Below, one piece after another: positions 1-11,389 of a DNA stretch of 64,000 nt. How positions within the stretch are numbered: position 1 is the first letter of the stretch; the number at the start of each line of letters is the position of its first letter. A program made the position numbers and the translations under genes. The notes beneath the pieces were generated by a model, which saw nothing but the letters and a program-made list of their open reading frames with translations, was not told the DNA's origin and did not search any database. This stretch comes from Rhodospirillales bacterium (GTDB taxonomy: Bacteria > Pseudomonadota > Alphaproteobacteria > Bin95). Location of the stretch: the NCBI GenBank assembly GCA_038143065.1, contig JAYQLI010000035.1:2560894-2624893 (forward strand), read 5' to 3'.

Positions 1-180
1 TTGGCTTAAGCCAGCTACTATGATTTTTTCTGCTGCAATATCTGCTTCTGAAACCTGGCTTCGTCGATCATCATTTTTCGTGTGCGTAATGACATTTTCT
101 GCGTTGAAAAATGGCATAATTGCTTTTCCAGCCTCACGAGCAAGATCAGCTATTTTTTCAAGAATTGGGTCACCAGTCAT
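1..180 (-). CDS. cysQ: 3'(2'),5'-bisphosphate nucleotidase CysQ / inositol monophosphatase family (N-terminal part, runs off window)
   Basis: Manual translation from ATG at 180: MTGDPILEKIADLAREAGKAIMPFF...KNDDRRSQVSEADIAAEKIIVAGL, a typical FIG/IMPase N-terminus (AREAG...ADxAAE). Not in the ORF track. Confidence 0.7.
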   Translation of the reverse strand, partial: MTGDPILEKIADLAREAGKAIMPFFNAENVITHTKNDDRRSQVSEADIAAEKIIVAGLSQ

Positions 181-319
181 ATATTTTCATCATTATGAAA
201 TTACGTAGAGAGTTTGATAACGCGTAAGGTTGTCTCAAGCTAGTTTGGATAAAGATAAAGTTTTAGTTGGAACCACTCTATGTCTTGTAATGATTGCTAG
301 GGTAATCTTAATCCTTGCT

Positions 320-1099
320 CTAAACATCCATAAATTTTGCCACCTCTCCCGAAAAAATACTTGCTTGCTCTATATAGGCTGCATGGCCTGCATTTTTGAT
401 TGTAACGAGGCGAGAGCCTGGCACTGCTTCCGCCACAGCTTTTGTTGACGCCGCTGGAGCAATTTTATCGTTTTCTCCCGCAAGGATTAGAGTAGGTTGT
501 TCGATAGTTGCTAATATTGCGGCATTATTTGAGTTTTTCAGCAAGTGTACTGCAGCTTCGTATCCGGCAATACGAATTTCGCCTGCAATAGAAGCAACGG
601 CACTAAATACAGGACTGTCTTCACCAACCATACTTTTCGCACGCGCCTTTCCAAAAGTATGGTCATCCATGTTTCTGCGTTCGGCGAGGCGCAAATCATA
701 ACCGGATGGTTCGTCAGAAGCGAAAGAGACTTTTGTTGCAGATAGTACTAAGCGTCGGACCCGTAATGGTGCTAATCGTGCTACCCATGGTGCTACGGCT
801 CCTCCCATAGAATGACCAACGAGATTGAATTCACCAATTTTCAATTCATCTAGAGCAGCCAAAAGTGCTTTTGCAAAGTCAGACGTTTTTGGTTTACCCC
901 CTGGAAATGGATCACTCTCGCCGTAGCCCGGGCAATCCCAGGCAATTACGTGAAAGCGATTAGACAGTTCGTCTAGTTGCCGTATCCAAGATTTTGACGA
1001 TCCACCAAGGCCATGAAGAAATATTAAAGCTGGTCCTTCGCCTGCTTCTCGAAGGGCGATTTGACCCGTTGGTGTCTTTAAATGAGAGACTCTATTCAT
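320..1099 (-). CDS. alpha/beta fold hydrolase
   Basis: HGLGGS oxyanion motif, GHSMGG nucleophile elbow, GENDKI and AGHAAY. Start chosen at the ATGA overlap with the upstream gene. Confidence 0.9.
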   Translation of the reverse strand: MNRVSHLKTPTGQIALREAGEGPALIFLHGLGGSSKSWIRQLDELSNRFHVIAWDCPGYGESDPFPGGKPKTSDFAKALLAALDELKIGEFNLVGHSMGGAVAPWVARLAPLRVRRLVLSATKVSFASDEPSGYDLRLAERRNMDDHTFGKARAKSMVGEDSPVFSAVASIAGEIRIAGYEAAVHLLKNSNNAAILATIEQPTLILAGENDKIAPAASTKAVAEAVPGSRLVTIKNAGHAAYIEQASIFSGEVAKFMDV

Positions 1100-1989
1100 T
1101 TTTGACGTTCCCTCTCGAGTATGACTTCTCGTCGCCAAATATATAGACCAGCCATTGCGACGATTACTGCCCCTAATGCTGTTTGCAGGCTTGGTATGTC
1201 ACCCCAAATTAGGTAGCCAAGTGCAGCAGCCCAAATCAATGCTAGGTATTTTAAGGGAGCTACTATAGCGCCTGATGCAAATTTGAAGGCAGCAATGATC
1301 AACCTGTTGGATGTTGCCAACATGGCAGACGCGCCCAGGAACAAAAGCCAACCCTCATTTGATACTGAACTTGCACCCATTATGGGGAGGCTCATGAATC
1401 CTCCCACCATGCCAACAAACATACTCCAAAACAGGATGGAGGGACCGTTATCTATACGGCTTAGAGATCGAGTTGAAATATCTCGGAGGGCGGCAAAAAA
1501 GGCTGCTGCCAAAGGAGCAAGAACGGCCCAGCCCACTTCTTCAAAGCTAGGACCAACAATTATCATGGCTCCGATGAAACCAGCCATAGTTGCGAGCCAG
1601 CGTCGCCAGCCAACATTTTCTTTCAGAACTAACGCAGAGAGAGCAGTTGTCATTACGGGGGATACGAAAATAACAGCGAGTGCATCAGCTAATGGAAGAG
1701 CCTGAAAAGACAAAATTACAAAAGCGCTGGTTACCAGCGCTAGGACAGCTCGAAGAAAATTTCGTTTAGGAGCTTTGCTTCGAAGTGATGATAAAGACCC
1801 TCCTTCGAGTTGTAATATGAGTAATACGAAGGGAAGTGAAAGCAATCCTCTCCAAGCCATCACGTCGCCTGGGTGAAGTGAAGTCAAAAGCCATTTTGTT
1901 ATGGCATCATTGCTAGTTAACAGCACTGTGCCGACGACCATGCACGCGATCCCCTTTAAAGGGGCATCAGATGCTGTTGATGAATTCAT
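1096..1989 (-). CDS. DMT/EamA family transporter
   Basis: About 10 hydrophobic helices in two repeats, with LPLADALAVIFVSP and LKENVGWRRW. Confidence 0.9.
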   Translation of the reverse strand: MNSSTASDAPLKGIACMVVGTVLLTSNDAITKWLLTSLHPGDVMAWRGLLSLPFVLLILQLEGGSLSSLRSKAPKRNFLRAVLALVTSAFVILSFQALPLADALAVIFVSPVMTTALSALVLKENVGWRRWLATMAGFIGAMIIVGPSFEEVGWAVLAPLAAAFFAALRDISTRSLSRIDNGPSILFWSMFVGMVGGFMSLPIMGASSVSNEGWLLFLGASAMLATSNRLIIAAFKFASGAIVAPLKYLALIWAAALGYLIWGDIPSLQTALGAVIVAMAGLYIWRREVILERERQK

Positions 1990-2195
1990 TATCAAGGCAC
2001 TCCAACTTGGTCGTTTGATTATAACATTCCACCTCATCTAAGCGATGGATCTATTGTTGCATTGTTAATCTTCACATTTGCGGTATGGCTTAGCGCTGCT
2101 GCTGAATTTTTATGTTTATGAAAAGTGTAGGTTTTTCGACTCAAAAAAATTAGGTACCCTGCTCTCGGTATCTCTTTATGTGAAGGCAAACTTAA

Positions 2196-3067
2196 ATGGT
2201 TTTAAAACTTCCTGGTCAGCTGGTTTCTACGGAATGGTTAGAAATGCACTTGGAACACCCGGCGCTTCGTATTTTAGATGCAACTGTTTATTTGCATCCT
2301 ACTTCTAACAACCAAATGCGAATGGAATCAGGAATAAATGACTATGGGGCTGGTCATATTCCAGGTGCTGTTTTTGCAGATCTGATAGAAGATCTTTCGG
2401 ACCCAGAAAGTTCACTTCGCTTCACTCTTCCATCAGCCGAACGATTTGCAACTAATATCGGAAAACTTGGTGTTGGCGATGAAAATGTAGTTGTTGTTTA
2501 TTCTGGAGGATCCATGTCTTGGGCTCCTAGGCTTTGGCTGATGCTCAAGGCTTTTGGGTTTGATCATGTGGCTGTGCTAGATGGGGGATGGCACAAGTGG
2601 TCTTCAGAGGGGCGTCCTACCTCAAATCAACCTTCAAGATATCCTGAATCAACATTTACGCCAAAATTTCGCGAAGGTATTTTTGTTGATCAAAATACCG
2701 TGGAAGATGCTCGATCAGATAGAAAAAGCATTATCGTAAATGCGTTATCTCCTGAGCAACACTCTGGAGAAGGTGGAGCGCATTATGGGCGTCCCGGACG
2801 AATTGCTAATAGTGTAAATGTTCCCGCGGCTGCTTTATTGGATCGACATACCTTTGCATTCCGCCCGGCAGGTGAGATCGCAATGGCGTTTGATGCTGTG
2901 GGAGCTACAGAGGAGAAGCGCCTGGTGATATACTGCGGGGAGGTATTGCCGCCTCGCAAGTCGCGTTTGCTCAAGCTCTAATAGGGCGTCCCGCTGCGGC
3001 GGTTTATGACGCCTCTCTCCAGGAATGGGCGATGGACAAGGAAGCTGCGATGGAAACAGATTTCTAA
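2196..3067 (+). CDS. tandem-rhodanese sulfurtransferase (SseA-like), frameshift near 2940
   Basis: GHIPGAVF and VAVLDGGW motifs. One added G in the run at 2937-2940 restores YCGGGIAA...VYDASLQEW, ending at TAA 3065-3067. Confidence 0.85.
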
Positions 3068-3085
3068 TGTGTTTTTAGAACAGAG

Positions 3086-3131
3086 GTGTCTGCTGTTTAC
3101 TTTTGCCTCAAAATTAAAGAACAGCAGACAC
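3086..3131. terminator. hairpin between convergent genes
   Basis: 12-bp stem GTGTCTGCTGTT/AACAGCAGACAC. Confidence 0.55.
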
Positions 3132-3163
3132 ACAGACATCCATTTCTTATAATGTGCTGATGA

Positions 3164-4254
3164 TTACTCCACCTGAAAATCACGCATAATTTCTGGTTTT
3201 ATTTTTAGACCATGGCCTGGGGCTTCTGGGGCGGTGATTATACCATTTACAGGCTTCGCCCAATCCACCCAAATATCCGATAATAAGCCCATGTCCTCGA
3301 TTATTTCTGGGTTTGGAATTGATGCCATAAGATGAATCATCAGTTCCGGATATAGATGCGGAGCAATCTTTAACCCAAAAGTGTCAGCTATAGTAGCGAT
3401 CTTGCGTAGCTCAGTTAGGCCCCCTCGGATAACATCGGGCTGTAGGATTGGACAAACCGGGTTCTGGAAAAATGGCTTGAGATCAAAGCGGGTAAAATGG
3501 CTTTCGCCTCCCACTACACGAGTATCAAGAGCATTTGCTATACGAAAATATCCTTCAAAATCGTCTGGAACCACAGGCTCTTCTAGCCAGTACACGCCGT
3601 AATCTTGTATTTTTTTACCCATAAGAATTGCATGATCTGCCGTATAAGCCATGTTTGCATCGACCATAATGTCAATGTCATCACCTATGGCTGACCTGAC
3701 TTGGCGTACGTTCTCTACATCCTCTCTATCACCCCAATTATGCCCAATTTGCATTTTTATCGCGGAAAATCCTTCGCTCTTAAATCGAAGCGCTTTTTCA
3801 ATCATTCCCTCTCTTGTCATTCCGCGCCATACACCGGAACCATACGCCTTGATCTTAGGCTGAACATGTCCCCAGAGTCTGTGAAGAGGTAGACCTGCCG
3901 CTTGGCCGACAATATCCCAAAGAGCAACGTCGATCGCAGATAATGCTAGGACAGGAGCACCGCCACGGCCATCAGCCAATGATGATTTGTAGAGATCTCT
4001 CCAAATTCCTCTACTTCAGTCGCATCGCGACCAACAACTTGTCGCTCATGCATTTCTTTTATCGCTGACCGGGTTGTCCGCATTCCTTCTCGCAGATACA
4101 GCTGATAACCGAGACCTACATGACCTGCAGCAGTTTCAATTTCGCAAACAAGTATGTCCCTTGGTTTATTGTAGCCGGCTTGGAATGCGGGCTGCTCAAC
4201 ATAAGGAACTGTAAGTAAGGTGATGCGGAGATCTTTGATAGTAAGGTCGCCCAT
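3164..4254 (-). CDS. mandelate racemase/muconate lactonizing enzyme family (enolase superfamily), frameshift near 4005
   Basis: Two ORFs join: N-terminal GHVGLG, then SAIDVALWD, KMQIG, MVDAN, WLEEP, GGES and QPDV. Confidence 0.85.
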
Positions 4255-4259
4255 GCTTT

Positions 4260-4547
4260 TTATATTCCTTCAACAATAAAGGCTTGGAAGTCAGCAGCAT
4301 TTTCCCGCGCTGCTTTGGCCTCAGCGTATTCTGGAGAATTCCAAAAAGCTTCAGCAGCCTCGACGTCTTAAAACTCAAGCAAAACTACACGACGCGTTTC
4401 CTCGTCTCCTTCTAAAGTTACCGTTTTTCCTCCTCGAGCTATGAATTTTCCTCCATTTGCAGCAATGGCATTGGGAGTGAGGGCTTGATATTTTTTAAAT
4501 TTCTCAGGGTCAGTAACATCTACTCTCACAACTATGTAGGCAGGCAT
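4260..4547 (-). CDS. DUF1330 family protein, frameshift near 4370
   Basis: Manual translation MPAYIVVRVDVTDPEKFKKY...GGKFIARGG...LEG...RVVLLEF / ...AFWNSPEYAEAKAAR...IVEGI*. Confidence 0.8.
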
Positions 4548-4687
4548 TGAGGTTTTCCTTAGACTATACGGATTACTTGAAGGGTTATGATGACTCCTGC
4601 TGCATTCGAGGGGAAGAGCCTTTCAGCACCAAATCTCAATGAGGGATGGTTGCAGATTAAAACAAAAGGGGATGTTTGATGGATGGT

Positions 4688-5455
4688 ATGGCTAAATTTC
4701 GTTCTGCTTATGATCTTGATGCTAGCGAAGCTGAATGGGAACTTCGGGTTCAACTTGCAGCAGCTTATCGCCTAGTTGATCACTTCGGTTGGACTGAATT
4801 GATTTACGGGCACCTAACAGCGCGCGTGCCAGGGCCTGATCATCACTTTTTGATTAATCCATACGGTTTAAATTATGACGAGGTAACTGCATCAAACCTC
4901 GTAAAGATAGATCTTGAGGGCAATGCCGTTGGAGGAAGCCAGTATGGGGTAAACTATGCCGGTTTTGTTATCCATTCAGCTATCCACATGGCAAAGACTG
5001 ATAGAAATCGGGTGGTGATGCATACTCATACTCGTGCAGGTATGGCAGTTGCGGCGTTGGAAGAAGGCCTTATGCCTATCTCCATGACTTCAACCCAATT
5101 CTTTGGTGATATCGCATACCATGATTACGAGGGAGTCAGTTTATATTTGGATGAAAGAGACCGTCTGCTTGATGCGCTTGGTGACTCTAAGGCGATGATA
5201 CTTCGCAATCATGGTCTCCTGACAGTCGGTCGAACTGTGCCGGAAGCGTTTTTGAACCTCTATAGGCTGGAGCGGGCGTGCCAGGTTCAGATTGATGCGC
5301 AGGCGGCGGGTAAGGTGCGTATTCTTTCTGGGAATGTTGCTACAAAAAGTAGGGAAGAACTTGAGCATTCAGCTACGGATAAGCCTAAGGGTGACCTGGA
5401 GTTTGCTGCTCTAATGCGAAAGCTTGATAAAAACGATCCCTCATATCGGAATTGA
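4688..5455 (+). CDS. class II aldolase/adducin family protein
   Basis: LAAAYRL, GHLTAR, GFVIHSAIH, HTHT and LRNHG zinc-binding motifs. Confidence 0.9.
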   Translation: MAKFRSAYDLDASEAEWELRVQLAAAYRLVDHFGWTELIYGHLTARVPGPDHHFLINPYGLNYDEVTASNLVKIDLEGNAVGGSQYGVNYAGFVIHSAIHMAKTDRNRVVMHTHTRAGMAVAALEEGLMPISMTSTQFFGDIAYHDYEGVSLYLDERDRLLDALGDSKAMILRNHGLLTVGRTVPEAFLNLYRLERACQVQIDAQAAGKVRILSGNVATKSREELEHSATDKPKGDLEFAALMRKLDKNDPSYRN

Positions 5456-5460
5456 AATTA

Positions 5461-6720
5461 ATGGATCTTACTAATCCTAGTGCAGTCGGTATGTCAGACG
5501 AACGTTTGGCGCGACTGGGGCCCTGGATGGAGAGCTACGTTGATAGTGGAAAACTTCCAGGTTGTATGACGCTGGTGGCCCGGCATGGCGAGATTATTTT
5601 CTGGGAAGGAAGGGGGGTTGCAGAAGAGATACATCGCCGGCCAATAGCCAAAAGCGATATTTTTCGAATTTATTCCATGACAAAGCCAATTGTTTCTGTT
5701 GCGGCAATGAACCTCTTCGAGGAGGGAAGGTTTCAGCTTGACGATCCGGTTTCACGTTTTCTCCCTGAGTTTGGCAAGGCTCGCCTTTGGTTGGAAGGTG
5801 AGGGCGAGGAAATGAAAACTGAAGCCATTGGCGATGAAATGAGAATTTGGCATTTGATGACCCATACCTCTGGTTTGATTTATGGGAATAGATCATCTGG
5901 CCCTGTTGGCGATGCCTATCAAGCAGCCGGCGTAGATTTTTCTGGGAGCCGAAATTCAGGCTCTTTGGAGGCTATGACAAAGCTTTGTGCGTCAATGCCA
6001 CTGCGCTGGCGCCCGGGGACTCGCTGGGAATATTCGGTCTCAACTGATGTACTTGGCAGGCTTGTCGAAGTGGTGGCGGGAAAACCTCTAGGTAAGGTTT
6101 TATCGGAACGCATCTTTGAACCACTTGGCATGGATGACACGAGTTTCAATTTGCCGCGTTCAAAGATTGATCGCTTAACTGAGCTTTTCCAGCGACAGGA
6201 TGATAGCTCCTATCTTTCTGTTGATCCGCCTAATGATCAGTCAACTTGGGTCAAGCCTGTAACGTTGGAGTCGGGTGGTGGTGGACTTGTTTCAACTGCT
6301 GCAGATTATTTTAAGTTTGCAGAAATGTTGAGATGTCTTGGAGCATTAAACGGGTCCTCCATCTTGGGCAGGAAGACAGCCGAATACATGATGCGGAATC
6401 ACTTGCCTGGAGGAGCTGACCTCACAAGTATGGGACAACCGATTTTTAGTGAAACTAGCTATGACGGTATCGGTTTTAGTCTTGGAGGCTCGGTTGTAGT
6501 AGATGCAGCCAAATCAAAGGCCTTATGTTCTGAGGGAGAGTTCGCTTGGGGTGGAGTTGCGTCAACGGCTTTTTGGGTAGATCGCAAAGAAGGTTTAGTT
6601 GTTGTATTCCTTACGCAGCTACTGCCGTCCTCGTCATATCCAATTCGTCGTGAACTTAGGTCTTTGGTAAATCAAGCAATAATTGATTGTGCCCACAGCG
6701 ATAAAACCATTAAGTTTTGA
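5461..6720 (+). CDS. serine hydrolase, beta-lactamase-related (EstB-like)
   Basis: SxxK in YSMTK, LMTHTSG, WEYS and GEFAWGG. Confidence 0.9.
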   Translation: MDLTNPSAVGMSDERLARLGPWMESYVDSGKLPGCMTLVARHGEIIFWEGRGVAEEIHRRPIAKSDIFRIYSMTKPIVSVAAMNLFEEGRFQLDDPVSRFLPEFGKARLWLEGEGEEMKTEAIGDEMRIWHLMTHTSGLIYGNRSSGPVGDAYQAAGVDFSGSRNSGSLEAMTKLCASMPLRWRPGTRWEYSVSTDVLGRLVEVVAGKPLGKVLSERIFEPLGMDDTSFNLPRSKIDRLTELFQRQDDSSYLSVDPPNDQSTWVKPVTLESGGGGLVSTAADYFKFAEMLRCLGALNGSSILGRKTAEYMMRNHLPGGADLTSMGQPIFSETSYDGIGFSLGGSVVVDAAKSKALCSEGEFAWGGVASTAFWVDRKEGLVVVFLTQLLPSSSYPIRRELRSLVNQAIIDCAHSDKTIKF

Positions 6721-6768
6721 CTGTTAATCAAGGTGTTCCACTTAGACTAAACAAAGGGGGCAGAACTC

Positions 6769-7221
6769 ATGTCTCGCCAAAGACTAAGTTTATTGATTGC
6801 ACTGGCAATGTTTGTTTGGTCTTTCATCACCGTTCAAACTAAAGATGTATTAGCGCAAGCAGATAGCGCCTCACCGCGTGACTACGGGATTACAGAAGGA
6901 GCACGTAGAGACAAGAGTGACCCGCTCGTGGTTGGAGAATTTGTCTTTAGTCAGCGATGCAGTACCTGCCATGCTAGAACAGCTGGGCGTGACAATGTCT
7001 ATGGCCCACACTTGTCTGGAATATTTGGTCGAGAAGTTGGTGCTACATCATGGCCTAAGCATTCAACAGCTTTAAATGACATGGATGGAAGTTGGACTGA
7101 AACTTCCCTGGAAAAGCTGTTGAGAGACCCACAAGGATTTTTTCCTGGCTTAAATAAAAATATCCAAGTGAGGTTCAAGAAATCTCGAACTGCTTTGATT
7201 GCTTATCTAAAAACGCTCTAG
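6769..7221 (+). CDS. class I c-type cytochrome (c2-like)
   Basis: Signal peptide, CSTCH heme motif, GPHLSGIFGR and LIAYLKTL. Confidence 0.85.
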   Translation: MSRQRLSLLIALAMFVWSFITVQTKDVLAQADSASPRDYGITEGARRDKSDPLVVGEFVFSQRCSTCHARTAGRDNVYGPHLSGIFGREVGATSWPKHSTALNDMDGSWTETSLEKLLRDPQGFFPGLNKNIQVRFKKSRTALIAYLKTL

Positions 7222-7301
7222 GTTTGTGCAAACACCTTTTTGAGGGTGATTTCAGTTAGACCAATATCTTACCGAAAAACGTAAGAGGTTTTGTGAATTT
7301 A

Positions 7302-7781
7302 TTAACCGGCCGCTGCTTTATTGGCCTCTGCATCGGCTTGGGAAACACTCACCCGATTATAGGCAATAGCACAGTGCTGTGGGCAATAGGGTTTGCCTGG
7401 CTCTGATGGTGCTCCACAGAAATGGAAACCTGGAAGTTTGGGATCGCCGAAAGGCCACTGACACGAGGGCCCCTTGTGATTGTATGTTTTACGACGAGGG
7501 GGCGGTGGGGGTGGAGTTTTTACACTCTCTGTTGGTTTTTTGGCAGTTGACGATGTTGCTTTGTTTGCTGTGGAAGCTGGTTTAGCACGAGGCGTCACAC
7601 GGCGGGCTGCTGTGCGTCGCTTGCGGTCGATTGGGGATTGTCGTCCAGGTAGCGAGAGGCGGTGAGCTTTTCCAACAACAGCATTCTTTGATACACCGAG
7701 CCTGCGTCCAATCTCTGCAGTACTCAAACCTTCAGCCCAAAGCTTTTCCAACTCCTTGATACGTTCAGGCGTCCAACTCAT
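7302..7781 (-). CDS. gcrA: GcrA cell cycle regulator
   Basis: MSWTPERIKELEKLWAEGLSTAEIG...SKNAVVGKAHRL N-terminus and CQWPFGDP...FCG...PYCPQH C-terminus. Confidence 0.9.
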   Translation of the reverse strand: MSWTPERIKELEKLWAEGLSTAEIGRRLGVSKNAVVGKAHRLSLPGRQSPIDRKRRTAARRVTPRAKPASTANKATSSTAKKPTESVKTPPPPPPRRKTYNHKGPSCQWPFGDPKLPGFHFCGAPSEPGKPYCPQHCAIAYNRVSVSQADAEANKAAAG

Positions 7782-8006
7782 TTTGAGTATATCCTTTCAA
7801 TTAAACCGGTACCTGACGACTTAGACGACACAGTTGACTAAGCTAGCTCTGTGAGCGATTTAGTCGACAGACAGATAGCAATCTTTCTTGGTTTAAAAAT
7901 TATTTTCGGTGCGAGTAAACAACAATTTTGTATGCTATACCTGAAACTCGGCTTGGCTTAAAGTCAGCCGCGACAATCCATTAATTTTTTTAAGGTAAAA
8001 ATTTCG

Positions 8007-8900
8007 ATGGCCGAAGATATTCTCTCATTTGATGATCGTGATGGTGCCATTTGGTTAGATGGCAAAATGATCCCTTGGCGGGACGCTAAGTTACATGTGC
8101 TAACTCATGGTTTGCATTATGCAAGTTCAGTTTTCGAAGGTGAAAGATCATACGGAGGTAAGATATTCGAGAGTCGTGCCCATTCAGAGCGCTTACATAA
8201 CTCCGCTCGTATTTTGGATTTTAAGATTCCATATTCTGTGGATGAGCTAGAAAAAGCTAAGTATGAGGTATTGCGTGCCAATAACATAATTGATGGTTAT
8301 GTGCGGCCAATTGCCTGGCGCGGCGCTGAGTTGATGGGTGTTTCGGCACAGGCAAATAAAATTCATGTGGCAATTGCTGCTTGGGAGTGGCCATCATACT
8401 TTTCTCCTGAAATGCGAGCCAAAGGCATCCGCATGAAAACCGGACCTTGGCGCCGCCCGGATCCTTTGTGTGCTCCTGTCGATAGTAAAGCTGCAGGTCT
8501 CTACATGATCTGCACGATGTCAAAGCACGCAGTTGAGGCTGAAGGTTATCAAGACGCTCTTTTCTTGGATTGGCGAGGGTTCGTATCTGAAGGAACCGGC
8601 GCCAACATTTTCTTAATTAAAGATGGGGAAATTCATACTCCCACACCGGACTGCTTTTTGAATGGAATTACTCGGCAGACAGTCATTTCATTGGCTGAAA
8701 ACCGGGGTATTAAGGTCATCGAAAGGCATATAGAGCCTCATGAACTTGCTGATTTTAGCGAGTGCTTTGTGACAGGAACGGCAGCTGAAGTAACCCCTGT
8801 TGGTGAAATAGATCAGCATCGTTTCATTCCAGCCCAAATTACTGAAACTTTATTAGCTGATTACGAAAGCCTGGTAAGAAGTCCTCCAAAGGACAATTAA
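8007..8900 (+). CDS. ilvE: branched-chain amino acid aminotransferase
   Basis: LHYASSVFEG, YVRP, KAAGLY, EGTGANIF, LNGITR and GTAAEV (class IV PLP enzyme). Confidence 0.92.
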   Translation: MAEDILSFDDRDGAIWLDGKMIPWRDAKLHVLTHGLHYASSVFEGERSYGGKIFESRAHSERLHNSARILDFKIPYSVDELEKAKYEVLRANNIIDGYVRPIAWRGAELMGVSAQANKIHVAIAAWEWPSYFSPEMRAKGIRMKTGPWRRPDPLCAPVDSKAAGLYMICTMSKHAVEAEGYQDALFLDWRGFVSEGTGANIFLIKDGEIHTPTPDCFLNGITRQTVISLAENRGIKVIERHIEPHELADFSECFVTGTAAEVTPVGEIDQHRFIPAQITETLLADYESLVRSPPKDN

Positions 8901-8913
8901 ACCTGAGGCTTAA

Positions 8914-8937
8914 CGCTCCCATACCCTTATGGGAGCG
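8914..8937. terminator. hairpin after ilvE
   Basis: Perfect 10-bp stem CGCTCCCATA-CCCT-TATGGGAGCG between convergent ilvE and pccB. Confidence 0.6.
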
Positions 8938-9072
8938 CTGAGATAAAAGCTTTCACGGAGATTGGGATCCGTACCTGTATTTCTGTTATTTCAGCCAGCT
9001 GATAGGTATTAGGTGCTTGCCGGCACAGAGTTCTGCTGGCAAACACTATGCATTCCCAGTGCGTTAAGTGAT

Positions 9073-10608
9073 TTATAGAGGTATATTATCGTGCTTTTTC
9101 CAGGGGTTTTGGAGTTGCTTGTTTCGCAGCATCTTGAGTGATTTACATATCCGGGACCTGGTGTTGTGAGGTCGGATCACGTCATCGATATAACCTCTTC
9201 TGGCAGCAACAAACGGGTTGGCAAAGGCATCTGAATATTCTTGGGTTCGATTTGCTATTTTCTCTTCATCGCCAATATCTTCGCGAAATATAATTTCAAC
9301 CGCCCCTTTTGCTCCCATTACGGCAATTTCTGCCTGCGGCCATGCATAATTAACGTCACCACGTAGATGCTTCGATGACATTACATCATAAGCGCCCCCA
9401 TAGGCTTTTCTTGTTATTACGGTGCCCTTTGGAACGGTTGCTTCTGCGTAAGCAAATAAAAGCTTTGCACCATGCTTGATAATGCCGCCGTATTCCTGTC
9501 GTGTCCCTGGAAGAAATCCGGGAACATCAACAAAAGTAACAATTGGGATATTGAATGCATCTAAAAACCGAACAATTCTGCCCGCCTTACGAGCTCTGTC
9601 TATATCTAAGCATCCAGCTAAAACCATCGGTTGGTTAGCCACTATGCCAACAGTTTCTCCTTCCATACGAGCCAGGCCAATTACAATATTGCCAGCGAAG
9701 TCAGGCTGGATTTCAAAAAATTCTCCTTCATCTACGACCTTCTCAATCAATTCCTTTATGTCATAGGGTTTGTTTGGATTTGGTGGAATGAGACTGTCGA
9801 GCGACATTTCTTTCCGGTCTGCAGGATCAGAAGTTACTCTAGTTGGAGCCTTTTCACGATTGGAAGAAGGCAAAAAGTCAATAAATCTTCTAAGTTCAAG
9901 TAGTGCTTCGATATCATTTTCGAAAGCTAGATCCGCAACACCTGATTTTGAGGAGTGTGTTACAGCCCCACCCAGTTCTTCATGAGTAACGGTTTCATTC
10001 GTTACAGTTTTCACAACATCTGGGCCTGTTACGAACATATATGAAGTGTCTTTCACCATGAAGATGAAGTCAGTCATCGCGGGAGAGTAAACGGCGCCAC
10101 CTGCGCAAGGTCCCATAACCATGGAAATCTGTGGTACAACGCCAGACGCTAAAACATTCCTTTGGAAAACTTCAGCATAACCACCTAGAGAAGCTACGCC
10201 CTCTTGAATGCGAGCCCCACCACTATCGTTTAACCCTATGACAGGTGCGCCAACCTTTAGCGCCTGATCCATTATTTTGCAGATTTTTTCTGCATGAGCT
10301 TCCGATAGAGATCCGCCAAAGACAGTGAAATCTTGGGAAAATACGAAAACTAAACGTCCATTGACCATGCCATGCCCAGTGACGACACCATCTCCGGGCA
10401 CTTTCTGGTCTTGCATACCAAAGTCGGTGGATCTGTGTTCGACGAACATGTCGTATTCTTCGAACGAGCCTTCATCTAAGAAAGCATCGATCCGTTCACG
10501 TGCAGTAAGTTTACCGCGTGCATGTTGAGCATCGATTCGGCGCTGACCGCCTCCCAATCGGGCTGCGGAGCGCATTTCTTCAAGTCGGGTGTCAATATGT
10601 GTCATCAT
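9073..10608 (-). CDS. pccB: propionyl-CoA carboxylase beta subunit
   Basis: [36 protein letters not shown] and C-terminal KKHDNIPL. Confidence 0.95.
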   Translation of the reverse strand: MMTHIDTRLEEMRSAARLGGGQRRIDAQHARGKLTARERIDAFLDEGSFEEYDMFVEHRSTDFGMQDQKVPGDGVVTGHGMVNGRLVFVFSQDFTVFGGSLSEAHAEKICKIMDQALKVGAPVIGLNDSGGARIQEGVASLGGYAEVFQRNVLASGVVPQISMVMGPCAGGAVYSPAMTDFIFMVKDTSYMFVTGPDVVKTVTNETVTHEELGGAVTHSSKSGVADLAFENDIEALLELRRFIDFLPSSNREKAPTRVTSDPADRKEMSLDSLIPPNPNKPYDIKELIEKVVDEGEFFEIQPDFAGNIVIGLARMEGETVGIVANQPMVLAGCLDIDRARKAGRIVRFLDAFNIPIVTFVDVPGFLPGTRQEYGGIIKHGAKLLFAYAEATVPKGTVITRKAYGGAYDVMSSKHLRGDVNYAWPQAEIAVMGAKGAVEIIFREDIGDEEKIANRTQEYSDAFANPFVAARRGYIDDVIRPHNTRSRICKSLKMLRNKQLQNPWKKHDNIPL

Positions 10609-10778
10609 CTTGGCTTTGGTAGTTGATTTTAAATCTGTACAATGGAATACCACTGCCCTGTGTCATATGCTACTGCCTTGCCTGTCGCAGCAAAAATTCA
10701 GATTGAAACCGTCTGGACAATTATAAAGTCTGAGTCTACTAAACCATTCTTGTCACGGACTTACTTGAGTTCGTCGAT

Positions 10779-10854
<76 letters not shown>

Positions 10855-10920
10855 CCGCCCCATTATATCTCAGGTTAAACCATTGGTTTCTAACGATTTA
10901 CTGTCATGTCAATCGTGGGA

Positions 10921-10940
10921 GGCCACCATATGGGCCACCA
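10921..10940 (+). promoter_or_regulatory. tandem GGCCACCA repeat, putative integrase arm-type site (left)
   Basis: GGCCACCA at 10921 and 10933 (12-bp period); the same pair occurs at the right end. Confidence 0.65.
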
Positions 10941-11238
10941 AAGTGCGCACTACCTGAAGCTCAAGGGGAAGACTTATTACTTCTCCCGGCGAGTCCCGAA
11001 AGTTCTCCAGCAGTACTCATCAGTGCCCAGAGTCGAGATTTGTCTTCATACAAATAGTCGATCTCTCGCCCAGCGCCAGGCGCTATTGCTGAGCCAGGAA
11101 CTGGAGGATCAATGGAGCATCCTGAAAAGAAGGCAACGGCAAGACCGGGTCGCGCGTTTCCTAGGGAACCCACTGGATCAGTTAAAAGTGCAGACACCAG
11201 TTGCCAGTGATGCACCGTTGTTGTCTGATCCGATGTGA
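10930..11238 (+). pseudogene. truncated tyrosine integrase (DUF6538-like N-terminal domain only)
   Basis: HYLKLKGKTYYFSRRVPK...LHTNS...A resembles DUF6538 integrase N-termini. The ORF stops about 20 nt into the 110-bp repeat and has no catalytic domain. Confidence 0.75.
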
Positions 11239-11328
11239 GACCTGGAAAGAGGCTTTGAGCGTACTTGCGCATGAAGCGCATGTAGTTTGCGTGTAACCTA
11301 CAGCACGACTGAAGTATGTAAGTGCTCT
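11219..11328 (+). repeat. 110-bp inverted repeat, left copy
   Basis: TGTTGTCTGATCCG...GTAAGTGCTCT is the reverse complement of 16357-16466 with one mismatch (manual alignment). Confidence 0.95.
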
Positions 11329-11389
11329 GAGAAATACAGTAAGCTGATCTCAAATAGAATTCTTTTACCTGCAATTTACATGCAAGGGC

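Noticed and set aside
7981-7993. CtrA box in the gcrA-ilvE intergenic region
   Set aside because: The TTAA half-sites are 5 nt apart, not the 7 nt of TTAA-N7-TTAA.
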